From Eledone cirrhosa (lineage: Eukaryota), in the NCBI GenBank assembly GCA_964016885.1, contig OZ024743.1:165416001-165480000 (forward strand): DNA of 64,000 bases, written 5' to 3'. Below, piece by piece: positions 61,621 through 64,000 of this stretch; positions within the stretch are counted from its first letter, which is position 1, and the number at the start of each line of letters is the position of its first letter. The notes below the pieces were generated by a model. It saw only the letters and a list, made by a program, of their open reading frames with translations. It ran no database searches and had not been told where the DNA came from. Both the position numbers and the translations under genes were made by a program.

Positions 61621-62615
61621 TTCTTTGAGTCTCAATCATTGATGTTATTTAACTGAAAAGTTTGTTGAAATGAATATCAAGCCGCTACCTGCAGCCTCAG
61701 ATGTTCAGGACTTATCGGAGTGTTCTTGCTGTTCCCAGCAAGCATACCTTTTGAAGTGTTCCAAAAAGCGGGGCTGGACTAATCTTCTTTAACCATCCTT
61801 CGAATCTCTTTGAGATAGTACCAAGTGCGCCTATGACAATCGGGACGACCTTGATTTCATGGCAGTTCCAAATCCTTTTTAACTCCCACTTTAAGTCCTG
61901 GTATCAGTTAATTTTCTCCCTCTCCTTTTCTTGCACTCTCGTGTCAAATGGGCAGGCCACATTTACAATAAGGCACGATCTTTTTCCCTTGTCCAAAACC
62001 ACCAGGTCAGGTCTATTGTGTTCTAATTTTTTGTCCGTATGTATCCTAAAATCCCATAGCACCTTCACCTGATCGTTTTCTATCACCGACTCTGGCTTAT
62101 GCTCATACCACTTCTCCGAATGTGGTAAATTGTTTACCTTGTATAGATGCCAGTGAATCCCCTTTCCTATCATATCATGTCTCCAGCCTTTATAGTGGGT
62201 CTGGGCTAGATGTTTACACTCAGATACAATGTGAGACACAGTCTCCTCTCTCTCTCTCCACAGATCCTACACAGTGAGCTAGCCTCCTCCTTGTCAATAT
62301 GGTGTTTCACCCACTTCGTTCTGAGTGCTTGCCCTTGCGCAGCCGTTAGCATTCCTTCTCTAGCTTTTTTAAGTCTCCTCTTTTTAACCAGTTCAATGTC
62401 TGTGGCTCTCTAAATTTCGTTTTCTTATGAAGGGATTTTTCATGAAGGTTGCTCTTCCTCCTTGTTGTTATTTCCTCCTTGGACATCCCCTGGTCTATTG
62501 TCTTCTCCTTCAGTACAATTTTGAGCATTGGCTCCCTACTCTCAATCACATACTTGTGCAGGTTGTTTTTCTCCACCTGAACACAGTCCTCTATGCTGAT
62601 AAGACCTCTTCCACC
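61620..62615 (-). mobile_element. 5'-truncated, decayed R4/Dong-type copy
   Basis: Homologous to 57025-58030. Confidence 0.92.
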
Positions 62616-62616
62616 T

Positions 62617-63598
62617 ACACGGCTCGGAAAGATCCCTTTCTTTGAGCTATTTAATTATAAAATACTATTTTCAGTTTCTAACTTAATCTATAATATTCTC
62701 GGCTCCATAGGTAGAGCCAAATTTAGTCTCATAAACCCGGCTGCTATTTTTAGCGGAATGAGAAGCGCTAGGCCCTGTATCATGTGCTTTTATATCAGCA
62801 TATCGTTCAGTCTTCTTAGATCCTTTGGAGTAAAATGACGAATTTCCTGGATACCGGCAGAAGATCACAGGAATGGTGGCTTTCACTTAATAATTCTTGC
62901 GGAACAGATTTAGATCTGTCCGGGTATCAAAGGCAGTTGCCCGATGTAGGTTTGTAATTTTTATTGATTTATTACTTTAAATCGAGACAGGCAAACCATA
63001 TTGTTTTAAATTAGTATTTTTTAAACTTAGCTAATTCGGACATCTGCAATTGGAACACATGTATACTTGATCGGTGTTCATCCCTCTCATATATTCAGTT
63101 GTATTACACGGCTCAGAAATATCACCTTTTTGAGCTATTTAATTGCAAAACACTATTTTGTGTTTGTAACTTAATGTAAGATATACTCGGCCCTATAAGT
63201 AGAGCTAAATTTAGTCTCATGAACCCGGCTGCTATATTTAGCGGCATAAGTATGAGACGCGCTAGAACCTATAACATGTGCTTTTATATCAGCATATCGT
63301 TCAGTCTACTTAGTTCCTTTGGAGTGAAATATACGAATTCCGGGATACCCGCAGAAAAGGGCAGGAAAGGTGGCTTTCACTTAATAATTTTTGCGAAACA
63401 GATTTAGGTCTGTCTGGGTATCAAAGGCAGTTGCCCGATATAGGTTTGTTATTTTTATTGATTTATCACTTTAAATCGAGACAGGTAGACCATAGTGTTT
63501 TAAATTAGAATCTTTCAACCCAGCTAACATGGTCATTTGCAATTGGAACACATGTAGACTTGTATCCGTGTTCATTCCTATCATATATTCATTTGTAT

Positions 63599-63600
<2 letters not shown>
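62617..63600. repeat. Two diverged tandem ~490-bp units of unknown family
   Basis: tacacggctc.gaaa.atc at 62617 and 63106 with collinear similarity throughout. Confidence 0.88.
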
Positions 63601-63645
<45 letters not shown>

Positions 63646-64000
63646 TTATGCATGTATATATATATACATATATATATAAATATATAGACACACAGACACA
63701 CTCACACGCACACACACACACGCACATACGCACATATATTTATAAATATACATATATATATATATATATATATACATGTCTGTATATCTCGTGTTTGTAG
63801 TAATAATGTGGCAACATGCCTCTGGTGCGTTATTCATTGTGTCACTATTACCTAACTTATTGTGTTCACTCTGAGGAGCAATTTCTAAATTACTCTATCA
63901 TTGAGTTCTTCGTGACAATCTCGAAATTCAATCGGATGCGAAAGAGAGAAAGTGGAAGAACAAGAGGCAAAACTTGGTTCACAACATTATATATGTGAAA

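Overview
AT-rich, microsatellite-dense eukaryotic (animal) repeat region with no recognisable host gene. The composition and TE set resemble an invertebrate such as a cephalopod, which is an inference only. Contents: a Tx1/L1-clade LINE with an internal duplication, sitting in (ATT)n; a head-to-tail stack of R4/Dong-type RLE retrotransposons separated by (AAT)n; a decayed RTE LINE and RTE-derived short elements; non-autonomous Helitron-like elements; and many Penelope-like elements (PLEs), including one ~810-aa open RT+GIY-YIG ORF. About 19 hammerhead-ribozyme (HHR) motifs from roughly 10 sequence families were found by eye. The most interesting item is a pair of divergent, ORF-less, ~1.9-kb-monomer elements (40450-42330 +; 44995-48740 -). 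They carry the same hammerhead and conserve a GC-rich stem-loop whose stem sequences differ but still pair around a near-invariant apical sequence, suggesting a large retrozyme-like non-coding mobile RNA. Almost all YIYI/CVCV ORFs in the track are microsatellite artefacts. All RNA folds were paired by hand, not computed.
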